Shown one piece after another: positions 36,621 through 45,443 of a stretch of 64,000 nt of DNA (the first letter of the stretch is position 1; each line of letters begins with the position of its first letter). The notes beneath the pieces were generated by a model. That model had not been told where the DNA came from. It searched no databases and was given only the letters and a program-made list of their open reading frames with translations. The DNA is taken from contig DATBPD010000079.1 of assembly GCA_036561525.1 (NCBI GenBank), forward strand, positions 405-64,404, given 5' to 3'. The translations under genes and the position numbers were made by a program. This stretch comes from Candidatus Dormiibacterota bacterium. Lineage in GTDB: Bacteria > Chloroflexota > Dormibacteria > Aeolococcales > Aeolococcaceae.

Positions 36621-37229
36621 TCATGAGTCGGCGGGCGCGGTTTTCAGCGATTGCCGCCAGACGAACCAGATGCGCTGCACTGCGGTCACGTTGGTGAGCA
36701 CCGCCAGCGCCACCAGGCAGCCGAACAGGACTGGCGGGACGAGCAGACCGACCACGGTGAGAACCACGCGCTCAGGTCGCGCGAAGATGCCCCCGTCGCA
36801 GACGAAGCCGAGCGACTGCGCCCGGGCGCGCACGTAGGACACGAGCAATGACCCGGTGAGCGCGAGGATGACCAGCATCGGCTCGACAACATGGTGACCC
36901 GGCAGCGTGATCGTGAAGTACCAGAGCAACGCGATGTAGGTGAACGACTCCGCGTAGCGGTCGGTGGTGGAGTCGAGGAAGGCGCCGTACCTGTACACCT
37001 TGCCGGTGACGCGCGCCACGGCGCCGTCGAGGATGTCGAATGCGCTGGCGAGCAGCAGCAGGATCCCACCGGCGATGAGATACCCGGTGGCGACGAGCAC
37101 CGCCGAGGCAGCGCAGATCGCCAGCCCGATCAGGGTGAGCGCGTTGGGGGTGAAGCCGAGGAGCCGCAGCGCGGGCACGATCCGCCGCGCCCCGGCCCTA
37201 ACCCATTCCTGAAACCTGGCGGTGAACAC
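36621..37229 (-). CDS. pgsA1: CDP-alcohol phosphatidyltransferase, phosphatidylinositol-phosphate synthase-like
   Basis: 202 aa with the signature D-x2-DG-x2-AR-x8-G-x3-D-x3-D (DILDGAVARVTGKVYRYGAFLDSTTD). GTG start overlaps the pimA 3' end by 32 nt. Assignment to inositol specificity rests on operon context. Confidence 0.8.
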   Translation of the reverse strand: MFTARFQEWVRAGARRIVPALRLLGFTPNALTLIGLAICAASAVLVATGYLIAGGILLLLASAFDILDGAVARVTGKVYRYGAFLDSTTDRYAESFTYIALLWYFTITLPGHHVVEPMLVILALTGSLLVSYVRARAQSLGFVCDGGIFARPERVVLTVVGLLVPPVLFGCLVALAVLTNVTAVQRIWFVWRQSLKTAPADS

Positions 37230-38367
37230 CGGCGGCCACCATGTGCACGCGCGATCGCCCGCGCGCCTCGTCGTACACGTCGAGCACCGAGTCGGCGACG
37301 CGATGCCAGTCGTACTGCTGCGCGGTGCGCACCCCGTGCGCGCTCATCGAACGCGCGAGAGCGTCATCGTTGAGCAGCGCTTCGATCGCCTGGGCCAGCA
37401 CCCGCGGTTGTTTGGGCGGCACCAGCAGACCGTCCTTGCCGCCGCTGATCACCGCGGTGAACCCGGGGATCGCCGAGGCCAGAACCGGGACGCCGCTGGC
37501 CATGGCTTCGAGCAGCACGATGCCGAAGCTCTCACCGCCGGTGGCTGGGCTGCAGAAGATGTCTGCGGACGTGTAGAACCTCGGCAGCATCTCATTGCTG
37601 ATTCGACCCGCGAACCACACGTCGGGGATGCCGAACGAGTCGACCTGGCGCTCATACCCCTCTCGCTGCGGCCCCTCGCCGACAGCCACCAAGCGCACAT
37701 CCGACCGGCGCCGGCGCAACTGCGCATAGGCCTCGAGGAGGATGCCGAATCCCTTGCGCTGCTCCATACGGCCGACGAAGAGGATCGTCTTGTGGCCGGG
37801 GCTGCGCAGCTCGGAAAGAGCTGGATGGTCAGGACAGAAGCGGGTGGTGTCGATCCCGTTGGGCACGATACGGTAGTCGCCTGGGAAGTAGCGGGAGATG
37901 AAGTCGCGCGCCGGGACGCTGACTGCGATGCAGGCGTGCAACCGCTTGAAGTACCGACCCAGGAAGGGACGTCCGTAGTAGTAGCCGAGGTTGCGTCGCG
38001 CATGGGTGTGGAAGGTGCCGACGTTGGCGCCGCGATGGAAGCGCAGCACGGTGATGGGCAGCGAGGGCACCAGCGGCTCGTGGTAGTGGACGACGTCGAA
38101 GTCGCTCTCGTCGAGCAGGGCCCGAACCCGCCGCACGAGGTGGAAGCTGAGCGCGATCCGCGCCACCGAGCCGTTGGACTTCACCGGCACGCTCCGCCCG
38201 ATGCGCACATAGCCGGGAATGCCGTGGTCGTCGCCGACCTTGCTCGACGGCGCCAGCACGGTCACCGTGTGACCGCGTTCGCGCAGCGTGTCGGCGAGGT
38301 GCCTGACGTGCTCGGTCACGCCCCCCGGGTGCATGTAGTCGTATGGCGAGACCAGGCACACCTTCAC
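37198..38367 (-). CDS. pimA: GT4 glycosyltransferase, phosphatidylinositol alpha-mannosyltransferase-like
   Basis: Start moved to GTG 38367, which overlaps the acyltransferase stop (GTGA). N-terminal VCLVSPYDYMHPGGVTEHV. GT-B EX7E region ESFGIVLLEAMASG. Confidence 0.75.
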   Translation of the reverse strand: MKVCLVSPYDYMHPGGVTEHVRHLADTLRERGHTVTVLAPSSKVGDDHGIPGYVRIGRSVPVKSNGSVARIALSFHLVRRVRALLDESDFDVVHYHEPLVPSLPITVLRFHRGANVGTFHTHARRNLGYYYGRPFLGRYFKRLHACIAVSVPARDFISRYFPGDYRIVPNGIDTTRFCPDHPALSELRSPGHKTILFVGRMEQRKGFGILLEAYAQLRRRRSDVRLVAVGEGPQREGYERQVDSFGIPDVWFAGRISNEMLPRFYTSADIFCSPATGGESFGIVLLEAMASGVPVLASAIPGFTAVISGGKDGLLVPPKQPRVLAQAIEALLNDDALARSMSAHGVRTAQQYDWHRVADSVLDVYDEARGRSRVHMVAAGVHRQVSGMG

Positions 38368-39350
38368 GTCTTCGGCTCCGGCCAGACCGGGTCGAGCACG
38401 TGCCATTGATCCGGGTTCTGACGGATCACCGTCTCGAAGATGGCCAGGATGTCGCGCGCGATGCGCTCCGCCTCCTGCTCACGTGGTGCGTCGGGGTCGT
38501 ACGTCCTCTCCGGGAAAACCAGCCCCTCCGCGCCCGCCCTGGTCCGTAGGATCGCGATGGGGACCACCGCCGCCCCGCTGCGCATGGCCACCTCGACGAC
38601 GCCGAGAGGGATCGGTGCGGGCTTGCCGAAGAAGGGGATCCGTGTGCCGGTCCCGCTCAGGTCGCGGTCGATGGCTATGGCGATGCCCCCGCCGCTGCGG
38701 AGGTGCTTGAAGACCTCACGCATCGCCGCTGCCCCGATCCGCCGCGCGGTTCGGGCATCGCCCTGCAGCATGGCCTCGATGTCGATCGGGATGACCTTGA
38801 CACCGAGGGCGCCGCGGGCGCCGGCGATGGCCAGGAACAGCTTCTGGGGGCGCAGTTGCTCGGCCAGCAGCGCCAACTCGCCGCCACCCCCGTTCCACGC
38901 TGCCAACCCCGCCTCCCAGGCGCCGAAGTGCATGGACACAACCACCACGCCCTTGCCGCGCGCGAGCGCATCGGTGTAGTGATGGAGATCGACCTCGCGA
39001 AGGCGGCGGGTGGTGCCGTGCGGATCGAGCGGGATGGCCATGACGTCGACCCAGCTTCGACTGAGATGGCGAACGTTGCGGCGCACCACGGAGTTGAGCC
39101 CGCGCTCATCCACATCGGGCAGGACGAGGCGCAGGTTGTCGCGCAGCGCGTCGAACTTGGCCGGCACAGCGGCCAGGAGCACGTCGGCAACCCGATCGGC
39201 GAGAACGAAGCTGGCACGGCGGGGAAGCACGCGCACCATCAGCGAGGCGATCCGATACAGGTGGTATGGCAGCATCGGCTCGCGACGCTGCCGCCACCAG
39301 AAGAGGCGCGAACGGGCGGGGAGCGTCGACTCCCGGCCCGCGTCGACCAT
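38364..39350 (-). CDS. LpxL/HtrB-family lipid acyltransferase (PIM acyltransferase PatA-like)
   Basis: 328 aa with lauroyl/myristoyl acyltransferase family length and pattern (VSMHFGAWE). Lies between ino1 and pimA. Confidence 0.7.
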   Translation of the reverse strand: MVDAGRESTLPARSRLFWWRQRREPMLPYHLYRIASLMVRVLPRRASFVLADRVADVLLAAVPAKFDALRDNLRLVLPDVDERGLNSVVRRNVRHLSRSWVDVMAIPLDPHGTTRRLREVDLHHYTDALARGKGVVVVSMHFGAWEAGLAAWNGGGGELALLAEQLRPQKLFLAIAGARGALGVKVIPIDIEAMLQGDARTARRIGAAAMREVFKHLRSGGGIAIAIDRDLSGTGTRIPFFGKPAPIPLGVVEVAMRSGAAVVPIAILRTRAGAEGLVFPERTYDPDAPREQEAERIARDILAIFETVIRQNPDQWHVLDPVWPEPKT

Positions 39351-39364
39351 CTTGGGACCCCGAC

Positions 39365-40522
39365 TCAGTCGGCGACGGGTGTGACCGGATGCGCGACCGG
39401 TTCGGTCGCGTTCACATGCTTGTGGCTACGCCCATTGCCCCCGGTGTCCGGGACGGCGTCGATGAACTGCTCGGTGAGCTCACGGGCTTGGGAATCCGAC
39501 ACCTGGCGGGGCGGCGACTTCATGAAGTAGCTTGACGGCCCCTCGAGCGAGCCGGTGAGGCCGCGGTCGATGCCGAGCTTGCAGCAGCGCACCGCGTCGA
39601 TGACCACCCCGGCGCTGTTGGGCGAGTCGTGCACCTCGAGCTTCAACTCCATGTTGAGAGGCACGTCGCCGAAGGACTTTCCCTCGATCCGGATGTACGC
39701 CCACTTGCGGTCGTTGAGCCAGGGCACGTAGTCCGACGGGCCGACATGGATGTTGCGCTCGGCCATGGGGTGCTCGAGCTGGGACTGCACCGCGTTGGTC
39801 TTGCTGATCTTCTTGCTCTGCAGGCGCTCGCGCTCCAGCATGTTGAGGAAGTCGGTGTTGCCGCCGAAGTTGAGCTGGTACATGTTCTCGATCTCAACGC
39901 CGCGGTCGCGGAAGAGCCGGGTCAGCACGCGGTGCATGATCGTGGCGCCGACCTGCGACTTGATGTCGTCGCCGATGATGCAGGCGCCGGCCTTCTCGAA
40001 GCGGCGCTGCCAGTACTCCTCGCGGGCGATGAACACCGGCATGCAATTGACCATCGCGCAGCCTGCGGTGAGGATCTGCTCGGTGTACCAGCGGGTGGCC
40101 TCCTCGCTGCCGACCGGCAGGTAGTTGATGACCACGTCGGTGTTGGTGCTCTTGAGCACGTCGACGATGTCGACCGTCGAGCCGGGAGCCTTGGTGATGA
40201 CCTCGGAGAGGTACTTGCCGAGACCGTCGTGGGTCATGCCCCGCTGCACGGCCACACCGAGGTGGGGGACGTCGCTGAACTTCACGGTGTTGTTCTGACC
40301 GCTGAAGATGGCCTCGCTGACGTCCTTGCCCACCTTCTCGACGTCGATGTCGAACGCGGCGGAGATCTCGATGTCGCTGATGTGGTAACCGCCGAGGTTG
40401 ACGTGCATCAGGCCGGGCACCACCGCGTCGGCGTCGGCATTCTTGTAGTACTCGAGGCCCTGCACGAACGACGATGCGCAGTTGCCTACCCCGATGATGG
40501 CCACCCTGACCTTGTTGCTCAT
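39365..40522 (-). CDS. ino1: myo-inositol-1-phosphate (inositol-3-phosphate) synthase
   Basis: 385 aa. N-terminal Rossmann motif [17 protein letters not shown]. Motifs: [20 protein letters not shown]. The ATG overlaps the ArsR stop (ATGA). Confidence 0.9.
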   Translation of the reverse strand: MSNKVRVAIIGVGNCASSFVQGLEYYKNADADAVVPGLMHVNLGGYHISDIEISAAFDIDVEKVGKDVSEAIFSGQNNTVKFSDVPHLGVAVQRGMTHDGLGKYLSEVITKAPGSTVDIVDVLKSTNTDVVINYLPVGSEEATRWYTEQILTAGCAMVNCMPVFIAREEYWQRRFEKAGACIIGDDIKSQVGATIMHRVLTRLFRDRGVEIENMYQLNFGGNTDFLNMLERERLQSKKISKTNAVQSQLEHPMAERNIHVGPSDYVPWLNDRKWAYIRIEGKSFGDVPLNMELKLEVHDSPNSAGVVIDAVRCCKLGIDRGLTGSLEGPSSYFMKSPPRQVSDSQARELTEQFIDAVPDTGGNGRSHKHVNATEPVAHPVTPVAD

Positions 40523-40929
40523 GAGATTCCCTCACTGACTGGTTGAAGACTCTGGGCGATGGCGTCGGTACCGGCATCGGCGCGCGCTGAGACGAGACGG
40601 ACAAATGCACGCAGGTGCGCGGCGATGGCGTCGCGGTCCAGCCGGCAGAACACCTCGCGGCCGTCGCGCCTGGTTCTGATGATCTCGGCCTTGCGGAGGA
40701 TGCGCAGGTGCCAGCTCATCCGCGGCTGCGACACCATGCACAGCTCGGCGAGCTCGCTGACGCGCATCTCGACGGTGCCCGCCAAGCTCTCCACGATGCG
40801 GAGCCGGGTGGGGTTGGCGAGCCCCTCGAAGGCGACCGAGAGGTCGCTGGCACCGGCCGCGATGCTGCCGGGGATGGCGCGGCGGGCGGGCCGGCGGGCG
40901 GGGTCGGGCGCGTGGACGGGTGCTTGCAT
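40519..40929 (-). CDS. ArsR/SmtB-family transcriptional regulator
   Basis: 136 aa from internal ATG 40929 with an AAAGGAAG Shine-Dalgarno sequence. HTH region [13 protein letters not shown]...[28 protein letters not shown]. Confidence 0.8.
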   Translation of the reverse strand: MQAPVHAPDPARRPARRAIPGSIAAGASDLSVAFEGLANPTRLRIVESLAGTVEMRVSELAELCMVSQPRMSWHLRILRKAEIIRTRRDGREVFCRLDRDAIAAHLRAFVRLVSARADAGTDAIAQSLQPVSEGIS

Positions 40930-40935
40930 AACGCT

Positions 40936-40950
40936 TCCTTTGATAAAGGA
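40936..40950. promoter_or_regulatory. 15-bp palindrome TCCTTT-N3-AAAGGA between a TAAGGT -10-like hexamer and the ArsR start
   Basis: Read directly. Located in the only AT-rich patch of the locus. One arm coincides with the Shine-Dalgarno sequence. Candidate operator or SD-sequestering hairpin. Confidence 0.4.
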
Positions 40951-41236
40951 TACCTTATGCATCGACCTCCGCGTCAGCCGGCGGCTGATCGACACCTGCA
41001 CCGGTGGTCTGCTCGGGCGGGTCCAGACGGTCTGCGGCCACCGCACCCGCGTCCGTCGATGGCAGGATCAGCTGGAGCATGGCGAGCACGCCGGCACAGA
41101 CCAGCGCCACGACGATGAAGCCGGCCGCGCCAAGGCCGACAAAGAGAAGCACATCGACAGCGGAGACAGCGAGAACCGGCACGCCATCCACCATGGCAGA
41201 GACGGCGGGCCTGCCGACCCTGCGTACCATGGCCAG

Positions 41237-41725
41237 GTGAGCGGGCGGGTTGTGTTCCGGGCACGCCGCCCGGCGGCGCTTGTGGTTCCCCTGGGCGCCG
41301 TCACCGAGGTGGCCGGCGTCCTCTTCCTCCTCAACGGAGCGACCATCGGCTGGTTCGTCTGCGCCGCCCCCGCCGTCGCGCTCATCGCCACCGGGCTGAT
41401 CCTGCGACCCAGCCTCGAGCTCACCCGGGAGGGCCTTCTCCAGCGGCAGTACCCGTTCAGCAGCCTGACCAGGTGGGAGGTGATCGACGACATCGGGATC
41501 ACCCGGGCGGGCAACAGGAGGGTGCTCGCCTATCGCCTGGTGGCCGGGATTCCCCCGCCCCGACGGCAGCCGGCGGCGGCGCTGCTCGCCGCGGCGCAGC
41601 GTCCCTACGACGGTGGCTACTTCGTCGACTCGCTGGCGGGCGACCCTGACCAGATCCTCGCCACGGTCGAGACGTACCTGGCCAACGCCGAGCTGCGCGC
41701 CGCGCTCCCGTCAGCGCGACGCTGA
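41237..41725 (+). CDS. membrane protein with two N-terminal TM helices and a C-terminal soluble domain
   Basis: Only the 3' part of track ORF 40559..41725 is protein-like (LVVPLGAVTEVAGVLFLLNGATIGWFVCAAPAVALIATGLIL...). Start uncertain, with GTG candidates at 41237, 41252 and 41282. Confidence 0.55.
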   Translation: MSGRVVFRARRPAALVVPLGAVTEVAGVLFLLNGATIGWFVCAAPAVALIATGLILRPSLELTREGLLQRQYPFSSLTRWEVIDDIGITRAGNRRVLAYRLVAGIPPPRRQPAAALLAAAQRPYDGGYFVDSLAGDPDQILATVETYLANAELRAALPSARR

Positions 41726-41730
41726 CCCCG

Positions 41731-42768
41731 TCAGGCGACCAGCGCGCCGAGCACCTCCAGGTAGGCGGCGCCCACAGTCCTCGACTCGAACCGCGCCGTC
41801 AGCGCTGGGTTGGTGGCGGCCGCGGCCTCGGCAACACCGGGATCCAGCGAGGTCGCAATGGCGCGGGCAAGCGCGCCAACGTCGCCGATGGCCACCCGTT
41901 CGGCGACGGCACCCTCGCAGAGCTCGACGACCGCCGGGGCGCTGGCGGCCACCACCGGCAGCCCTGAGGCGAGCCCCTCGACGACGGCGTACCCGAAGGT
42001 CTCGTGCGCGCTCGCCGACACCAGGACATCCGCTTGTGCGTAGAGGACACGGAGGCGGGCGGGAGCGACGTGGCCGTGCATGCGAACACCGGCGACGCCG
42101 GCCGCAGCCCGGCGCAGCGGTGCCAGCTCCGGCCCGTCGCCGGCGACATCGACCTCGGCGTCGGGATGGATCTTGCGCACCGCCGGCCAGGCGGCGATCA
42201 CGTCGCCAACCCGCTTGCGCCGGTAGAGGTGCGCGACGACAAGGGCCCGCCGGCCCTGGCGCGCGGGTGCAGGCGCCGTCCGCCACCGCGCCGCCGGGAA
42301 CGGCTCGGGGATCACCTCAATGCGTGACCAGGGCACGCCGAAATCGTCGTGCACCACGGCCGCGGCGAAGCGTGAGGGAACGACCACGAGCGATGCGGCG
42401 AGCGCCGATCGTCGCTCCAGGGCCGCGTGGCCGCGCAGCAGCATGCGCGTCAGAGCGGGTTCGCTCCGCAAGACCTGTCCATACAGCGCCTTGGGCAGAG
42501 CCACGAACGGGAGCCCGCACCGCGACGTTGCCGTCTGACCGTCACCGCCGATACCGAGCACCGCGTCATACCACGACGCGGCGCACCAGGTGGTGCGGTT
42601 GAAACGCACGCGGGCGACGCCATGGCCGAGCGGGTGGTCGCGACCGCGAAACACCGCGAGCTGCACGCCGTTGAGCGCCAGCGCCTCGACCAGGTTGGCG
42701 GCGGCCACGGCCGTGCCGGATCCGCGCCGGACGTCGGCAGCCTCGCTGGTGAGCAGCGCCGGGTGCAT
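41731..42768 (-). CDS. GT4-family glycosyltransferase (PimB-like candidate)
   Basis: 345 aa. GT-B C-terminal motif SASAHETFGYAVVEGLASGLPVVAS. Confidence 0.7.
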   Translation of the reverse strand: MHPALLTSEAADVRRGSGTAVAAANLVEALALNGVQLAVFRGRDHPLGHGVARVRFNRTTWCAASWYDAVLGIGGDGQTATSRCGLPFVALPKALYGQVLRSEPALTRMLLRGHAALERRSALAASLVVVPSRFAAAVVHDDFGVPWSRIEVIPEPFPAARWRTAPAPARQGRRALVVAHLYRRKRVGDVIAAWPAVRKIHPDAEVDVAGDGPELAPLRRAAAGVAGVRMHGHVAPARLRVLYAQADVLVSASAHETFGYAVVEGLASGLPVVAASAPAVVELCEGAVAERVAIGDVGALARAIATSLDPGVAEAAAATNPALTARFESRTVGAAYLEVLGALVA

Positions 42769-42787
42769 TTACCGAGAATAGGCGGCC

Positions 42788-43900
42788 ATGAGCCGCGCAG
42801 CCTCGCCACCGCGGCGCCGGCGCGCAACCGCCGACGACGCCCGGCTGCGCATCGCACTCCACCGCCTGCTCGATGCGGTGGACCGCGAGCTGGACCAGCG
42901 CCGGGTCGAGGCGGATCTCCAACCCGCCCGCGACGCGACGGTCGACATCGCCGGCCTCAGCTCGCTGCGTCGCGGCCTGCCAGGGCTGGCCGCGCTCGGC
43001 GTCAACGCACTGCGGCGCCTCGCGGCTGTCGACGGCGATGACGTCGCCCGGTCGGTTCGCGGCGTGGCAGACGTGCTCTCACGCCACGCCGAGCTGGCCG
43101 CCCGGCGGCGCCACGGCGAGTCCTCCGTTGACGACTTCGGTTTCGACCGCGAGTGGACGGAGACACTGGTACCTCTGTCGGCGTGGCTGTACCGGAACTG
43201 GTGGCGGGTGCAGGCCATCGGCGTCGAGAACGTGCCGGCCACCGGTCGCGCGCTGCTGGTGGGCAACCACGCCGGCGTGATCCCGTACGACGGCGCCATG
43301 GTCCGCACCGCTCTGCTGCTCGAGCACAGCCGGCCCCGGCACGCGCGGGCGCTGGTGCTCGACGGGCTGTTCTCCATGCCCGGCGTGTCGTGGTTGATGC
43401 GCCGCACTGGTCACACGCTGGCGCACCACGCCGATGCACGCATGCTGCTCGAGAGGGACGAGCTTGTGCTGGTCTTCCCCGAGGGTGTCAAGGGCACGGG
43501 CAAGCCTTACGCCGACCGCTACCGCCTGCGCCGATTCGGCCGCGGCGGTTTCGTCGAAGTGGCGCTGCGCGCCCGAAGTCCGATCGTGCCCGTCAGCATC
43601 GTCGGCAGCGAGGAGATCCACCCCAACCTCGCCGAAATCCCCGGTGTCGCCAGGCTCCTCGGGCTTCCCTACATGCCGGTGACACCGACCTTTCCCTGGC
43701 TTGGTCCCGCCGGGCTGGTCCCGCTGCCGTCGTCGTGGATCATCGAGTTCCACGAACCGATCGACGTCGCTGCGCACAGCGACGACACTCTGTCGGAGCC
43801 GGGGCGGGTGCTGGCCATCTCCGACCATGTGCGCGACGTCATCCAGGCCGGCGTGTACCGCAATCTGCAACGGAGGCAATCCGTCTTTACGCTATCCTAA
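42788..43900 (+). CDS. PlsC-family lysophospholipid acyltransferase
   Basis: 370 aa. Acyltransferase motifs NHAGVIPYD (H-x4-D variant) and VFPEGVKG. Long N-terminal extension. Confidence 0.75.
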   Translation: MSRAASPPRRRRATADDARLRIALHRLLDAVDRELDQRRVEADLQPARDATVDIAGLSSLRRGLPGLAALGVNALRRLAAVDGDDVARSVRGVADVLSRHAELAARRRHGESSVDDFGFDREWTETLVPLSAWLYRNWWRVQAIGVENVPATGRALLVGNHAGVIPYDGAMVRTALLLEHSRPRHARALVLDGLFSMPGVSWLMRRTGHTLAHHADARMLLERDELVLVFPEGVKGTGKPYADRYRLRRFGRGGFVEVALRARSPIVPVSIVGSEEIHPNLAEIPGVARLLGLPYMPVTPTFPWLGPAGLVPLPSSWIIEFHEPIDVAAHSDDTLSEPGRVLAISDHVRDVIQAGVYRNLQRRQSVFTLS

Positions 43901-43907
43901 CCCGCCC

Positions 43908-43981
43908 CCCAGGGTAGCCAAGCTGGTTAAGGCAACGGTCTGTAAAACCGTGTATCGATGGTTCGAGTCCATCCCCTGGGA
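43908..43981 (+). tRNA. tRNA-Tyr (anticodon GUA), class I architecture with a 5-nt variable loop
   Basis: Hand-folded cloverleaf. Acceptor stem CCCAGGG/CCCTGGG. D arm GCC(A)-AGCTGGTTA-(A)GGC. Anticodon stem ACGGT/ACCGT with loop CTGTAAA. Variable region GTATC. T arm GATGG-TTCGAGT-CCATC. Discriminator A, and no encoded CCA. Confidence 0.85.
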
Positions 43982-43994
43982 CGGCTTGCCATCG

Positions 43995-45038
43995 TCAGGG
44001 AGTCAGCACCACCTTCATCGCCTCGCGAGCGGCGAACAGCTCGTAGCCGCGCACCGCGTCATCGAGCGGCAGACGGTGCGAGATGATTGACGCGGGGTCG
44101 GCTGCGCCGGCGGCGATCAGGGCGAGAGCGTCGTCCCATCTTCCGATGACGTTGGCGGTGCCGCAGAACTTGAGGTCGATGCCCTTGACGAACGTGAGGT
44201 TGAGGGGAAACTCCATCTCGGGCTCGGAGTAGACACCTATGATGCTGATCCGTCCCCCGGCGCGCACGATGTCGATCGCGCTCGTCAGCGCTGGGATCGC
44301 CCCGACGCACTCGAGAAGCACGTCAGCGCCGCGCCCCTGAGTGTGATCCTGGATGTGGCTGGGAACGTGCACCGCCGAGGCATCGACGGGGACCGCGCCG
44401 AAGCCCTGGGCCATCTCGAGCCGCTGGGCGACGGTGTCGACGGCGTAGATCACCGCGGGGCTGAACGTCCTTGCCGCCTGCACAGCCATCAGCCCCACCG
44501 GTCCACACCCCTGCACGACGACGACATCGCCCTCCTCGATGCGCGCTTCGACCGCGCAGTCATACCCGGTGGTGAAGATGTCGCCCGCGAAGAGCACGGT
44601 TTCGTCGCTCAGTGAGTCGTCGATGACGCGCAGGCAGAGGTCGGCGTTGGGGACACGCACGTATTCCGCCTGGGCGCCGTTGAGGTCGCCGAGGAACATG
44701 CCGTAGCCGAACACGCGCTGGTCGGGGCAGCGGCTGAACAGCCTCTTGGCGCAGAACCAGCAGCTGCCGCAGGGGATCGTGAATGAGGCGAGCACGCGGT
44801 CCCCCTGCTTCACCGACCGCACCTCTGCGCCCGCCTCCTCCACCACTCCGACGAACTCGTGGCCGAGGATGCCGCCCACTGACATCCCCGGGATGCGGCC
44901 GTGCAGGACGTGGAGATCGCTGCCGCAGATCGCGGTGGTCGTGACCCGCAACAGCACGTCGCCGGGTTCCTCGATCGCCGGGCGTGGCACGTCGGCCATC
45001 TCGACGCGTCCGATGTCGACGTACGTCAGCGCGCGCAT
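43995..45038 (-). CDS. zinc-dependent alcohol dehydrogenase family oxidoreductase
   Basis: 347 aa from internal ATG 45038 with a GGAAGGAG Shine-Dalgarno sequence. Motifs: CGSDLH, GHEFVGVVEEAG, CGSCWFCAKRLFSRC, GCGPVG. The rest of the 652-aa track ORF is not protein-like. Confidence 0.85.
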   Translation of the reverse strand: MRALTYVDIGRVEMADVPRPAIEEPGDVLLRVTTTAICGSDLHVLHGRIPGMSVGGILGHEFVGVVEEAGAEVRSVKQGDRVLASFTIPCGSCWFCAKRLFSRCPDQRVFGYGMFLGDLNGAQAEYVRVPNADLCLRVIDDSLSDETVLFAGDIFTTGYDCAVEARIEEGDVVVVQGCGPVGLMAVQAARTFSPAVIYAVDTVAQRLEMAQGFGAVPVDASAVHVPSHIQDHTQGRGADVLLECVGAIPALTSAIDIVRAGGRISIIGVYSEPEMEFPLNLTFVKGIDLKFCGTANVIGRWDDALALIAAGAADPASIISHRLPLDDAVRGYELFAAREAMKVVLTP

Positions 45039-45075
45039 CAGCCACTCCTTCCTGCCGGCACGGTCACCGGGAATG

Positions 45076-45360
45076 TCAGCTTTCGTTCTCGGCGGCGCGC
45101 CGCTGGGTGACGCGATCGCGCAGGGACTCATCGATCTCGCCCTTCTGCCCGGCCTCGCGGCGCAACCAGAACGGCAGGCCCTCGGCGTCGTGCTCGGCGG
45201 CGCGGCGGCGGATCTCGAGAAGACTGCGCAGCGCCTCCTCGACCGTGGTTTGCAGCGGGGCCTCGCCGCCCGCCAGTTGGACGACGATGTCATCGGGGAT
45301 GACCACGGCGTTGACCGGCGGCGGCGGGGCGGATCCGAACAGGCGGCCCAGCCAGGACAT
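45076..45360 (-). CDS. hypothetical protein (94 aa)
   Basis: Internal ATG at 45360 preceded by TACACT-N6 (leaderless geometry). Sequence MSWLGRLFGSAPPPP.... No family recognised. Confidence 0.5.
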   Translation of the reverse strand: MSWLGRLFGSAPPPPVNAVVIPDDIVVQLAGGEAPLQTTVEEALRSLLEIRRRAAEHDAEGLPFWLRREAGQKGEIDESLRDRVTQRRAAENES

Positions 45361-45366
45361 GGCGCG

Positions 45367-45372
45367 AGTGTA
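45367..45372 (-). promoter_or_regulatory. -10 hexamer TACACT 6 nt before ATG 45360 (leaderless geometry)
   Basis: The minus strand reads TACACT-cgcgcc-ATG. Confidence 0.4.
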
Positions 45373-45430
45373 GCGTTCGCAATTGAGCCGGTCTCGCCGC
45401 GATGGCCGCCGGGTGTCCCCCACTTGGCGC

Positions 45431-45436
45431 TAGGCT
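45431..45436 (+). promoter_or_regulatory. -10 hexamer TAGGCT 7 nt before ATG 45444 (leaderless geometry)
   Basis: TAGGCT-gcacgga-ATG read directly. Confidence 0.4.
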
Positions 45437-45443
45437 GCACGGA

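Noticed and set aside
40955-41230. 91-aa minus-strand ORF with a hydrophobic stretch upstream of the ArsR gene.
   Set aside because: GC3 is only about 76% by hand count and it uses a rare TAA stop. Its start would lie 6 nt from the divergent plus-strand gene start, leaving no promoter space. The ArsR gene has its own -10-like hexamer and palindrome inside this ORF's 3' end. Ala/Val/Leu-rich pseudo-helices are common in off-frame GC-rich sequence. It is not excluded, but it is not supported.
43901-45100. The tRNA-Tyr and tRNA-Glu (49754-49825) loci considered as integration sites for mobile elements.
   Set aside because: No integrase, excisionase, direct repeat of the tRNA 3' end or compositional break is visible on either side. 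Flanking genes are ordinary metabolic genes.
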